A stretch of DNA of 24,153 nt from the NCBI GenBank assembly GCA_044450345.1, contig JBIOIY010000047.1, positions 1 through 24,153 on the forward strand. The letters are read 5' to 3'. The notes below the pieces were generated by a model. The model did no database searches, was not told the DNA's origin, and worked only from the letters and a program-made list of their open reading frames with translations. This DNA comes from Thermodesulfovibrionales bacterium. Its GTDB lineage: Bacteria > Nitrospirota > Thermodesulfovibrionia > Thermodesulfovibrionales > UBA6898. This document shows, one piece after another, positions 7,958-16,593 of this stretch. The translations under genes were made by a program, and so were the position numbers. Positions within the stretch are counted from its first letter, which is position 1. Each line of letters begins with the position of its first letter.

Positions 7958-9823
7958 GTGCCGGTAATCGAAAAACCCTGGAAACTGGACCTGGGAGCGA
8001 CGGTGGACGGCCCGAAGGGAGTCTGCTTCAGGGTCTGGGCACCCGTAAGAGATTCTGTATCTGTCGCCATAATCTCCGCCGGAAGGACCGCTGAAATCCT
8101 ACTCAGTAAAGACGCAGAGGGATACCTAGCCGGTATTGCGGAAGGTGTCCGGGCCGGAGATCGCTACTTTTACATATTGGATCGTGATTACCGTTGCCCT
8201 GACCCTGCTTCGCGATTTCAGCCGGAAGGCGTTCACGGCCCCTCACAGGTGGTCGATCCGGGTGAATTCTTATGGGAAGATTATGAATGGAGAGGGATAT
8301 CTCCGAGGGACCTTATCATTTATGAACTGCATACGGGCGCATTCACAAAAGAAGGGACCTTCGAATCTATCATTCCCCGCCTGGACTATCTCGCAGACCT
8401 CGGAATAACCGCGATCGAACTTATGCCGGTTGCCCAATTTCCGGGAAACAGGAACTGGGGATATGACGGCGTGTATCCCTTCGCTCCACAGAATACGTAC
8501 GGCGGTCCCTCTGGGTTAAAAAAGTTGATCAACGCGGCCCATAAAAAAGGGCTGGCGGTGATCCTTGACGTGGTGTATAACCATCTCGGCCCCGAGGGCA
8601 ACTATCTCGGCCGCTATGGACCCTATTTTACGGACCGGTACAGGACGCCATGGGGCGAAGCGATTAATTTCGACGGTCCTTACAGCGACGAGGTGAGGCA
8701 TTTTTTTATTGACAATGCCCTTTACTGGGTCGACGAGTTTCACATCGATGCACTCAGACTCGATGCCGTGCACGGGATCTTTGATTTCAGCGCCGGACAT
8801 TTTCTGAAGGAGTTGTGCGATTCGGTGCACCTGCACGCACAGAGACTCGGCAGGGAAGTCTCAGTCATCGCTGAAAGCGACCTCAATGATGCAAGGATCA
8901 TAAACCCTCCGGAGATCGGCGGGCACGGCCTTGACGCGCAATGGAATGACGATTTCCATCACTCCCTCCATGCGCTCATCACCGGTGAACGCACGGGATA
9001 TTATGAAGACTTCGGGAAAATGGAGCATCTCGAAAAGGCCTTCGGAGAGGGCTTCATATACACGGGCCAGTATTCCCGGTACCGAAAACGGAGACATGGA
9101 AATAGTTCGAAAGACCGGCCGGCGGACCAGTTTATTGTTTTCTCCCAAAGTCATGATCAGATCGGAAACAGGATGGCGGGAGACAGGTTAAGTCAGACCC
9201 ATTCCATCGAAAAACTTAAGCTCGCTGCAGGAGTTGTGATCTTCTCACCATTTATCCCGCTTCTTTTTATGGGAGAAGAATACGGCGAGACCGCGCCTTT
9301 TTGTTATTTTATAAGTCACTCCGATCATGATCTCGTACAGGCTGTGAGGGAGGGCAGAAGAAAGGAGTTTGCCTCATTCGGATGGAGAGACGACATCCCG
9401 GATCCTCAGGACGAAAGAACTTTTTTTGATTCGAAGCTCCTGTTTGACTTCTCTGAAAAGGGAAAGGCTCTTTACAGATTTTACAGGGAATTAATAAGGC
9501 TGAGAAAAGAAATCCCTGCCCTTCATCAAACCGGGAAGGAAGACATTGAAACGCATTGTTTTGAGGGTGATAGGGCTTTACTCGTCAGAAGATGGTGCAA
9601 TCAGGACCAGGTCTTCTCTTTTTATAATTTCGGCGAAAAAGTCTTGAACGCAAATCCCGTGCTTCCGGACGTGACATGGGAAAAAATACTGGAATCTTCC
9701 TCCCGGGAATGGGGTGGGAGCCGAAACACCTCGCCCGAAAAAATAGAGTCGCCTAACGGTAATATGTCGCTAAGGATAGCTCCGCACAGTTTTGTCCTGT
9801 ACAGGATGCTCAAGGCGGGTTAG
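7958..9823 (+). CDS. treZ: Malto-oligosyltrehalose trehalohydrolase (GH13)
   Basis: FRVWAP, DPASRFQPEGVHGPS, NWGYDGV, DVVYNHLGPEGNY, LRLDAVH, IAESDLND, QWNDDFHH and HDQIGNR motifs. Start is likely GTG at 7958 (GGAG upstream) rather than the track's 7919. Confidence 0.95.
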   Translation: MPVIEKPWKLDLGATVDGPKGVCFRVWAPVRDSVSVAIISAGRTAEILLSKDAEGYLAGIAEGVRAGDRYFYILDRDYRCPDPASRFQPEGVHGPSQVVDPGEFLWEDYEWRGISPRDLIIYELHTGAFTKEGTFESIIPRLDYLADLGITAIELMPVAQFPGNRNWGYDGVYPFAPQNTYGGPSGLKKLINAAHKKGLAVILDVVYNHLGPEGNYLGRYGPYFTDRYRTPWGEAINFDGPYSDEVRHFFIDNALYWVDEFHIDALRLDAVHGIFDFSAGHFLKELCDSVHLHAQRLGREVSVIAESDLNDARIINPPEIGGHGLDAQWNDDFHHSLHALITGERTGYYEDFGKMEHLEKAFGEGFIYTGQYSRYRKRRHGNSSKDRPADQFIVFSQSHDQIGNRMAGDRLSQTHSIEKLKLAAGVVIFSPFIPLLFMGEEYGETAPFCYFISHSDHDLVQAVREGRRKEFASFGWRDDIPDPQDERTFFDSKLLFDFSEKGKALYRFYRELIRLRKEIPALHQTGKEDIETHCFEGDRALLVRRWCNQDQVFSFYNFGEKVLNANPVLPDVTWEKILESSSREWGGSRNTSPEKIESPNGNMSLRIAPHSFVLYRMLKAG

Positions 9824-9850
9824 ATGGAACGATATATTTGCGTCCACGGC
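9824..9850 (+). pseudogene. 5' stump of a co-directional GH57/DUF3536 gene (MERYICVHG)
   Basis: ATG immediately follows the treZ stop. MERYICVHG aligns with RFICIHG of the minus-strand GH57 gene, then diverges exactly at the hairpin starting at 9851 and stops at 9880. Confidence 0.7.
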
Positions 9851-9902
9851 AAATCGCAGGTTTGCGATTTACCCCGTTAGAAGGTCTTCTAACGGGGTTT
9901 AC
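9851..9902. repeat. Two abutting palindromes (possible terminator or miniature palindromic element)
   Basis: AAATCGCA-ggtt-TGCGATTT (9851-9870) and ACCCCGTTAGAAG-gt-CTTCTAACGGGGT (9871-9898). TTTAC occurs at both ends of the second (9868-9872, 9898-9902). Confidence 0.7.
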
Positions 9903-12343
9903 TCGGCCTGGGGCACCTGCAGCTTGAAATTCTCGGACACTTCCGTGCAATTGCGTATCCATTCCTGAGCTTTTTTGTCGCCCAGGCCGGCTTTCTCCCT
10001 GAAGCCGGCCCATTTTGTGTGAAGGATCTTGTAGCAGATGTTCTGGATTTGCCAGAGATTAATCTCGAACGGCAATGTCCGGACTAGTTTTGCAGCCTTA
10101 TTCAATCTGTCCATGCAAGAAAGGTCCTCACATTGCTCGAGGGCTTGCTGAGCGAGACGCTCAATGTTGATTTTCAGCAACAATCCCAGGGCGGCCTCAT
10201 CCAGGATTGCGCCGGCCAAACGAGCTTCTTCCAGAAGAGGTTTCACTACCTGGGGATTGAGTCCATCTTCTTGAAGTATCCTGCGAATCTTGGCATTCAG
10301 GCACAGGTCCGCTGCGACGGACAGGACTATTGGCCGTGGCGTGCCGGTCCCGGTCAGAAAGCGAATCAGGGGAGCATGGTGTTCATAAATCGAGCTATAT
10401 GCAGCTTCAGCTTCTCTCAGAGTCGGCCCCATGATGATGTTCAGGACTTTTCGCCGCTCATCGGCAAACAACGAGGTCAGAGAGTACGTGGACGTTCCGA
10501 AGTATTTACCCAGCAGAAGTATGGTCTTCGGGAAGTCAGCTCCGGCGAAGGCAGCTGAAATCTCTTTGGCCAGCGCTTCATATTTTTGCGCGCCCTGATA
10601 TTCGCCGGTGCCGCAGGCGATACTGTGATCACCAAGATGCAGAACGCCAAAGCACAAGCTGGAGGATATGCGCGTAATCTTTGAAGTGACCGTGGCCCGC
10701 CCGATTACCAGTCTTGAGCCTCCGACCTGAAAACTGCGGTAGTCCTCACGGGTGGCGGAATACGCATAGATCGAGCTGCGTTCGCCGATGTCCTGGAACA
10801 GTGAGCTTAAGGCATAGTGGGCGCCCACGTCTTTCATATCGAGCATGACAGGCCTGACCAAATTCTCATATATGGTGCGACCGTCACGGTGTTCAGGTAT
10901 GTTGCTCTTGGCCAGTTCAAGATGATCGAGAAAGCCAGGTTCGAAGGGTTCGCTAAAAAGCTGGTCGGCCAACTGCAGAACTCTGCCGGCATATTTTATG
11001 TCCTGAACCGTCTCAATCCCGGAAAGCTCGTCAAAAAACCAACCACAACTTGTGTACATGAGCATTAAGTGACGTTGGAGCTCCATAAGATTCAGGACCG
11101 TGATCTCGTCCTCGGAGTTTAATGGGCGGGTCGCGTGGCGACTCAGAAACGCACTGACTCGCTCGGGTGATCGATCCACGATGATGTCGATGTAGGCGTC
11201 CCGGGCCGCCCACGGATCGGACAGAAATTGTCCGGCCAATTGTTCATAAGCCGGGGCAACGGCATCTCGCAGCCAGTCGAACGCCGCACGCAGCGGGGCC
11301 CGCCAGGCCTGGTTCCAACCCGGGTGGCCTCCGCTGTTACACCCGCAATCCGACCGCCAACGCTCTATTCCGTGAGTGCAGCTCCACGAACTGTTCTCAA
11401 AGATTTTCACTTCGTGCGTCGATGGATGGTCCGCCAGATACCCGCCATAATTCGTCAACTGCGCAAGTCCGTTGGACTCAATGTATTCGAGCGCGTGAGC
11501 GAGGGCCATGTCGCCTCCGCGATGGTGATGGCCATAGCTTTCGCCATCCGTTGCGATGTGGACGAGGCGAGGAGAGGAATGGCCGTCGGGGAACGCGGAC
11601 AACAGCCTCTTGGCGAATGCCTCTCCGCTGTTGAGCAATCCTTCAAATGCCAGAGCATGTGAAATGGAGCCGTCGTAAAAGAACAGGTTCATGACGCTGC
11701 CTGAGGGCAGCGATACCCTGTAAGCCATGCCGGGATCGATTCTTCCACCGCTCACATCTTGCCATTTATCTCCGTCGATGGACCGGACCTTCCGTGCCTG
11801 GCTGGGGGAAAGTATGGCAAATCCGATTTCGTGTTGTGCCATTATGTCCAGGGTCTCGAGATCTACCGCCGTCTCCGGGAGCCACAACCCTTCCGGCTTA
11901 CGTCCAAAGCGATACTCAAAATCCTTTATTCCCCAGATAACCTGGGTCTTCTTGTCGCGGCTGTTGGCCAGCGGCAGGATCATATGATTGTAAGCCTGGG
12001 CCAAAGCAGAGCCATGACCCGAGAATTTCTCTACACTCCGCCTGTCACCCTCCAGAATTGCCTCATAGGCTTCGCCGCCATACTTCTGCATCCAGAGCAG
12101 GACAGTCGGACCAAAGTTGAAGCTTATGTTGACATAATTGTTCACCAGCTGGGCGATTCGTCCTTCAGTGTCCCAGATCCTCGACACTGCGTTTGCGGCG
12201 TAGCATTCGGCTGAAATCCGCTCGTTCCAGTCGTGATACGGGAACGCAGAATCCTGGATCTCAATTGCCTCCAGCCACGGGCTTTCCCTGGGAGGCTGAT
12301 AAAAATGTCCATGGATACAGATAAATCGGTTAGATCGGTCCAT
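9899..12343 (-). CDS. Glycoside hydrolase family 57 / DUF3536 domain protein
   Basis: HGHFYQPPRE, HDWNERI, SFNFGPT, YNHMILPL, GLWLPETAVD, FFYDG, ATDGESYGHH and MYTSCGWFFD motifs. Start is likely ATG at 12343 (GAGGAG RBS) rather than 12385. Confidence 0.88.
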   Translation of the reverse strand: MDRSNRFICIHGHFYQPPRESPWLEAIEIQDSAFPYHDWNERISAECYAANAVSRIWDTEGRIAQLVNNYVNISFNFGPTVLLWMQKYGGEAYEAILEGDRRSVEKFSGHGSALAQAYNHMILPLANSRDKKTQVIWGIKDFEYRFGRKPEGLWLPETAVDLETLDIMAQHEIGFAILSPSQARKVRSIDGDKWQDVSGGRIDPGMAYRVSLPSGSVMNLFFYDGSISHALAFEGLLNSGEAFAKRLLSAFPDGHSSPRLVHIATDGESYGHHHRGGDMALAHALEYIESNGLAQLTNYGGYLADHPSTHEVKIFENSSWSCTHGIERWRSDCGCNSGGHPGWNQAWRAPLRAAFDWLRDAVAPAYEQLAGQFLSDPWAARDAYIDIIVDRSPERVSAFLSRHATRPLNSEDEITVLNLMELQRHLMLMYTSCGWFFDELSGIETVQDIKYAGRVLQLADQLFSEPFEPGFLDHLELAKSNIPEHRDGRTIYENLVRPVMLDMKDVGAHYALSSLFQDIGERSSIYAYSATREDYRSFQVGGSRLVIGRATVTSKITRISSSLCFGVLHLGDHSIACGTGEYQGAQKYEALAKEISAAFAGADFPKTILLLGKYFGTSTYSLTSLFADERRKVLNIIMGPTLREAEAAYSSIYEHHAPLIRFLTGTGTPRPIVLSVAADLCLNAKIRRILQEDGLNPQVVKPLLEEARLAGAILDEAALGLLLKINIERLAQQALEQCEDLSCMDRLNKAAKLVRTLPFEINLWQIQNICYKILHTKWAGFREKAGLGDKKAQEWIRNCTEVSENFKLQVPQAE

Positions 12344-12380
12344 CAATAGCACTCCTCTTGCGAAACCCTCTTTCACTAAA

Positions 12381-12408
12381 AGCATATCAAAATATCAGAT
12401 ACTGTCAA
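12381..12408 (-). promoter_or_regulatory. Putative sigma-70 promoter of the inverted GH57 gene
   Basis: Minus strand TTGACA-N16-TATGCT with an extended TG. Confidence 0.55.
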
Positions 12409-12532
12409 TGCGACGCTATTCTGGAATTTCCTGAGTTTCTCACCGAACTCGAAGTGGAGTTGAAAATCGTCGGGGAGATTGTCACAAAAAACAAGACATG
12501 ATAAGATTTGAAAAAAGGAGAGTGATAGAGGA

Positions 12533-12613
12533 ATGGAAGAAACAATCGCCCCCTTCGCATTTAAGCACTGTGCAAGCATCTACAATCTATCGGCCGTATT
12601 GCCGGAAGGGTAG
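12533..12613 (+). pseudogene. 26-codon relic ORF resembling the N-terminus of a DUF5752 gene
   Basis: MEETIAPFAFKHCASI resembles MAETFVFRECVSL of the 6083 gene. GAGG/AGGAG lie upstream. Stops 1 nt before the treY ATG. Confidence 0.45.
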
Positions 12614-12614
12614 C

Positions 12615-15608
12615 ATGGAGGGTACAGACAAGTCCTTTCCCAGGATACCTGTTTCGACCTACAGGCTTCAGTTCAATTACACCTTCGGATTCAATGATGC
12701 CCGGGGGATAGTCTCCTATCTCCATGAACTCGGCATTTCCGATATCTATGCATCCCCCTACTTCAAGGCACGAAAGGGGAGCCTTCACGGATATGATGTC
12801 GTTGACCCCTCTGCATTGAATCCGGAAGTGGGGACAGAAGAGGAATATAATACCTTTCTACGAGAGCTGGGGAAATACGGAATGGGACAGATCCTTGATA
12901 TCGTTCCGAACCACATGAGCTGCGAAAGTGAAAACCCCTGGTGGATGGATGTCCTCGAAAACGGCCGGAGTTCTCCCTTTGCCGACTTCTTCGATATCGA
13001 CTGGAATCCGGCCATTAAAAAGCTCTCCGGCAAACTGCACATCCCTGTTCTTGGAGACCAATACGGCAAGGTACTCGAAAGTCAGGAACTGAAGTTACGC
13101 TTTGAGGAGGGTGCTTTCTTCATCTACTACCGGGACATTAAGTTTCCGATACTGCCGGAAACGTATGTCCTCTTGCTCCATCACCACATGGAGGACCTCG
13201 GGAATCTTGTCACTAATGATAACCCTCATTTCACCGAACTCTTAAGCATAGTCACCGCCCTGAAGCATCTGCCTCCAGCTGCAGAGAAAGATGAGGGAAA
13301 AATCGGCGAACGATACCGCGAAAAGGAGATCATCAAAAAGCGTCTCTTGACCCTGTACCTTGAGAGTTCCGAAATAAGGAAGTTCATTGACGACAATGTG
13401 GATATATGTAACGGCAAGAAGGGCGACCCGAGGAGTTTCAACCTTCTGGACGGGCTCCTCGCCGAACAGGTATGGAGACTCTCACACTGGCGTGTCGCAA
13501 ATGAAGAGATTAATTACCGCAGGTTTTTTGACGTCAATACTCTCGCCGGGATCCGGATCGAAGAGCCGGCCGTCTTCAGGGAAACCCACAAATTGATATT
13601 CAGGCTTATTGTAGAAAAAAAGATCACCGGGTTGAGGGTCGACCACCCGGACGGCTTGTACGACCCTTCACACTATTTTGAAAAACTCCAGCGTGAATGT
13701 TTCAGCCGACTCGTCTCCACGAAAGCCACGGAAGATGATGATCATGAACAGTCTGATGCGGACCCGGAAGTGTTGAGGCGATATGAGAGGCTATTGTCAT
13801 CAGACCCGCAGTACAAGCCCTTCTATATAGTCGGAGAAAAAATCCTCACAAAGGGCGAAAAAATGCCTGAGGACTGGCCTATTTTTGGAACGACGGGTTA
13901 TGTTTTTTTAAACTCCTTGAACGGAATCTTCGTTGACACAAAAAATGCGAAGCTCTTCGATGACCTCTATGCAAAGTTCGCAGGGACCAAAGATCATTTT
14001 TCCGACGTGGTGTATGAAAAGAAGAAGCTTGTGACACAAGTAGCCATGTCAGGTGAAATAAACACCCTTGGACATTACCTGAACAACATCTCTGAAAAGA
14101 ACAGGCATACCCGGGATTTTACTTTGAACAGCCTCACCAGGGCGCTAACGGAAGTCATCGCTTTTTTCCCGGTCTACAGGACTTATATAAATTCATGGAC
14201 CATTACAGACAGAGACCGTCAGCACATAGAGACTGCGGTATCGAAGGCGAAAAGGAAAAATCCCGCTATCAGCGCATTCATATTCGATTTTGTCGGCGCT
14301 GTCCTTTTGCTCAGGTTCCCTGTCGACTTTAGCGAAGAAGACAAGAAGGAATGGCTCGATTTCGTGATGAGATTCCAGCAGATTACAGCGCCCGTCATGG
14401 CAAAGGGGGTTGAAGACACGGCCTTTTACGTGTATAACCGCCTCGTATCGCTCAATGAGGTCGGCGGAAGTCCTGACAGGTTCGGTCTGTCCCTGGAGGC
14501 ATTTCATGGACAGAATCTGGACAGGATCAAGTTTTGGCCCTACGCCCTTATCACCACTTCCACCCATGACACAAAACGGAGCGAAGATGTAAGGGCAAGG
14601 ATAAATGTCCTCTCCGAGATTCCTGAAAAATGGAGGGAATGCCTGATAAAGTGGAGCTCCCTTAACAAGAAGAAAAAGACTGCCGTGGAAGGACAGGAAG
14701 CGCCGGACCGGAATGAAGAGTGTCTTCTCTATCAGACACTTGTCGGCGCCTGGCCCCTTGGTCGGCTTGCGGAGACCGAATACGACGCCTTCAAAACGAG
14801 GATCAAGGATTATATGGTAAAGGCGCTCAGGGAGGCTAAGGTCAATACGAGCTGGATAAACCCCAACGCAGAGTATGAAGATGCGGTGATCTCTTTTATC
14901 GATGCCATCATGGCGGTTGCTCCCGGAAATAAATTTCTCATGAAATTCGAACCTTTCCAAAAGACGCTTTCGTGGTTCGGGATGCTGAATTCCCTTTCGC
15001 AGATACTCCTTAAAATAGCATCACCGGGCGTTCCGGATTTCTATCAGGGGAACGAGGTGTGGGACTTCAGCCTCGTCGATCCGGACAATCGGAGGCCTGT
15101 CAATTTTGCGGGCATGAGGGAGACACTGGCCGCTTTGAAAAAGGAGATATCAAATTCCGGATCGGATTTCACCGGGTTTCTGAGGGAACTCATTCAGAAC
15201 TGGGAAGATGGTTCCATAAAACTGTATGTCACATTGCAAGCCCTGACATATCGAAAAGAGAACCACCAACTCTTTATGGAAGGAGCGTATATCCCGCTTA
15301 TCGGCGATGGAGAATTAAAAGATCATATCTGCGCATTCGCGCGGCAAAGTGACAACAAAGCTGTCTTGGTCGTTGTTCCGAGATTTATGACTCAAATCCC
15401 GCGTTTCACCTATGAAGCGCAGTCTTTGGGGAAGGTATGGGAAAATACCGGGATTCTGCTCCCGGATGATATCCCCGGTAACATTTTCAATAATGTTCTG
15501 ACCGGCGAAAAGTCGGAAGCCGTTCGCCGCTCGGGGAAAAGAGAATTGCCCCTTGGCCCTGTCTTTTCCGGTTTCCCCGTGGCGATGCTCAGCGGCGAGG
15601 GACCGTGA
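12615..15608 (+). CDS. treY: Malto-oligosyltrehalose synthase (GH13)
   Basis: STYRLQF, GSLHGYDVVD, DIVPNHM, NYRRFFDVN, GLRVDHPDGLYDP, VGEKIL, STHDTKRSEDVRAR, PGVPDFYQG and SLVDPDNRRPV motifs. Start is likely ATG at 12615. Confidence 0.95.
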   Translation: MEGTDKSFPRIPVSTYRLQFNYTFGFNDARGIVSYLHELGISDIYASPYFKARKGSLHGYDVVDPSALNPEVGTEEEYNTFLRELGKYGMGQILDIVPNHMSCESENPWWMDVLENGRSSPFADFFDIDWNPAIKKLSGKLHIPVLGDQYGKVLESQELKLRFEEGAFFIYYRDIKFPILPETYVLLLHHHMEDLGNLVTNDNPHFTELLSIVTALKHLPPAAEKDEGKIGERYREKEIIKKRLLTLYLESSEIRKFIDDNVDICNGKKGDPRSFNLLDGLLAEQVWRLSHWRVANEEINYRRFFDVNTLAGIRIEEPAVFRETHKLIFRLIVEKKITGLRVDHPDGLYDPSHYFEKLQRECFSRLVSTKATEDDDHEQSDADPEVLRRYERLLSSDPQYKPFYIVGEKILTKGEKMPEDWPIFGTTGYVFLNSLNGIFVDTKNAKLFDDLYAKFAGTKDHFSDVVYEKKKLVTQVAMSGEINTLGHYLNNISEKNRHTRDFTLNSLTRALTEVIAFFPVYRTYINSWTITDRDRQHIETAVSKAKRKNPAISAFIFDFVGAVLLLRFPVDFSEEDKKEWLDFVMRFQQITAPVMAKGVEDTAFYVYNRLVSLNEVGGSPDRFGLSLEAFHGQNLDRIKFWPYALITTSTHDTKRSEDVRARINVLSEIPEKWRECLIKWSSLNKKKKTAVEGQEAPDRNEECLLYQTLVGAWPLGRLAETEYDAFKTRIKDYMVKALREAKVNTSWINPNAEYEDAVISFIDAIMAVAPGNKFLMKFEPFQKTLSWFGMLNSLSQILLKIASPGVPDFYQGNEVWDFSLVDPDNRRPVNFAGMRETLAALKKEISNSGSDFTGFLRELIQNWEDGSIKLYVTLQALTYRKENHQLFMEGAYIPLIGDGELKDHICAFARQSDNKAVLVVVPRFMTQIPRFTYEAQSLGKVWENTGILLPDDIPGNIFNNVLTGEKSEAVRRSGKRELPLGPVFSGFPVAMLSGEGP

Positions 15609-15634
15609 ATTCTTCGGTGAGCCGGGCAATCTAC

Positions 15635-15691
15635 AAAGATTTTTTCGGCTGGCACTCCGCCGAAGTCGAAGATCGCCACCGCCTTTGTCAT
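15635..15691 (-). pseudogene. 5' relic of a HAD-family hydrolase gene
   Basis: MTKAVAIFDFGGVPAEKIF matches HAD motif I (KAVIFDFGGVL type) with GGGGA upstream. The frame then runs antisense into treY with no further HAD features. Confidence 0.5.
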
Positions 15692-15744
15692 GTCTCATCC
15701 CCGGCGGGAGCACCCCGTCGAATTTGTCACAGAACATGGGAATA

Positions 15745-15772
15745 TTGACAATGATACTGGATGTGGTAGGCT
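15745..15772 (+). promoter_or_regulatory. Putative sigma-70 promoter of sod
   Basis: TTGACA-N16-TAGGCT with an extended TG. AGGAGG RBS downstream. Confidence 0.5.
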
Positions 15773-15822
15773 TTATTAAGCATTATTAAACGGCAGCACT
15801 TTATGAAAAGGAGGAAACGGAT

Positions 15823-16413
15823 ATGCCTTATGCATCAAAGGATTACGCCAAATTGATAGGGATGAGCGGGTTCAGCGAAACACTCCTGAAGAACCATTTT
15901 ACGTTGTACCAGGGGTATGTGACGAACACGAACAAGGCGCTCGATATCCTTGCACAGATGCTGAAAGACGGAAAGACGGGGGCCCCGGAATATGCCGAAC
16001 TGAAGAGGAGACTCGGCTGGGAGTTCAACGGAATGAGGCTCCATGAGTACTACTTCGAAAACCTCGGAGGCAAGACGCCCCTGGACAAATACGGCGCCCT
16101 GGGCAAGCAGATGCAGTGCGACTTCGGCAGTGTTGAGGAATGGGAGAAGGACTTCAGGGCGACGGGGGCGATGAGGGGCATCGGTTGGGCGGTGTTGTAT
16201 CAGGACAACGTCAGTCAAAGGGTTTTCAATTGCTGGATAAACGAGCATGATGTCGGACACCCGGCCGGGTGCGTACCGATACTGATTATGGACGTATTCG
16301 AGCACGCCTTCATGATCGATTACGGGCTGAAAAGGGCCGATTATATCGAGTCCTTTTTCAAGAATGTCGACTGGAAGGGTGCCGAATCAAGGTTGCTCAA
16401 AAAGGTGGGTTGA
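15823..16413 (+). CDS. sod: Fe/Mn-family superoxide dismutase
   Basis: Metal-ligand motifs KNHFTLYQGY, LHEYYF and MDVFEHAF. Strong RBS. Confidence 0.9.
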   Translation: MPYASKDYAKLIGMSGFSETLLKNHFTLYQGYVTNTNKALDILAQMLKDGKTGAPEYAELKRRLGWEFNGMRLHEYYFENLGGKTPLDKYGALGKQMQCDFGSVEEWEKDFRATGAMRGIGWAVLYQDNVSQRVFNCWINEHDVGHPAGCVPILIMDVFEHAFMIDYGLKRADYIESFFKNVDWKGAESRLLKKVG

Positions 16414-16437
16414 TGCCGACCTGATCCCGCGAGCATA

Positions 16438-16478
16438 GAAAACCTCCCGGACCCTCTGAATGGGACCGGGAGGTTTTC
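16438..16478. terminator. Bidirectional intrinsic terminator between sod and the radical SAM/peptide operon
   Basis: 13-bp inverted repeat GAAAACCTCCCGG…CCGGGAGGTTTTC with A and T tracts on the two sides. Confidence 0.75.
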
Positions 16479-16497
16479 ATCGTAAGGCCTGAATCCC

Positions 16498-16560
16498 CTA
16501 ACAGGAACTCTTGCACTTACAGGTGAGAGCGGACTTTTTCTGGACCTTTCTGATTGTCAT
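16498..16560 (-). CDS. Unannotated 20-aa Cys-rich peptide MTIRKVQKKSALTCKCKSSC, putative RiPP precursor
   Basis: ATG 33 nt after the radical SAM stop. SD AAAGGTGGT (16567-16575) is 6 nt upstream. Basic N-terminal leader with a C-x-C-x3-C C-terminus. Followed by the terminator. Confidence 0.75.
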   Translation of the reverse strand: MTIRKVQKKSALTCKCKSSC

Positions 16561-16593
16561 ATGCACACCACCTTTCATAGGGGAATCCCAGCT

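Noticed and set aside
12408..12501. MRRYSGIS* resembling the TreT start (MLSGYSGIS), and an overlapping frame ending …LEFPEFLTELEVELKIVGEIVTKNKT*
   Set aside because: Match is only five residues, the ATG abuts the -35 box of the GH57 promoter, and neither frame can be assigned without a search.
12498..12614. Track's N-terminal extension of TreY (likewise 7919 for TreZ, 12385 for GH57, 21838 for Int)
   Set aside because: Extensions lack family similarity, while downstream starts (12615, 7958, 12343, 21808) fit RBS position or domain start better.
14193..14960. 255-aa minus-strand ORF and the other ORFs nested in amtB, ilvA, treT, treZ, GH57, treY, sod, rSAM and tnp
   Set aside because: They overlap well-supported genes and show no motifs, consistent with shadow ORFs.
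15773..15790. AT-rich TTATTAAGCATTATTAA near the sod promoter as a Fur/PerR box
   Set aside because: Only loosely similar to the consensus and not a clean palindrome.
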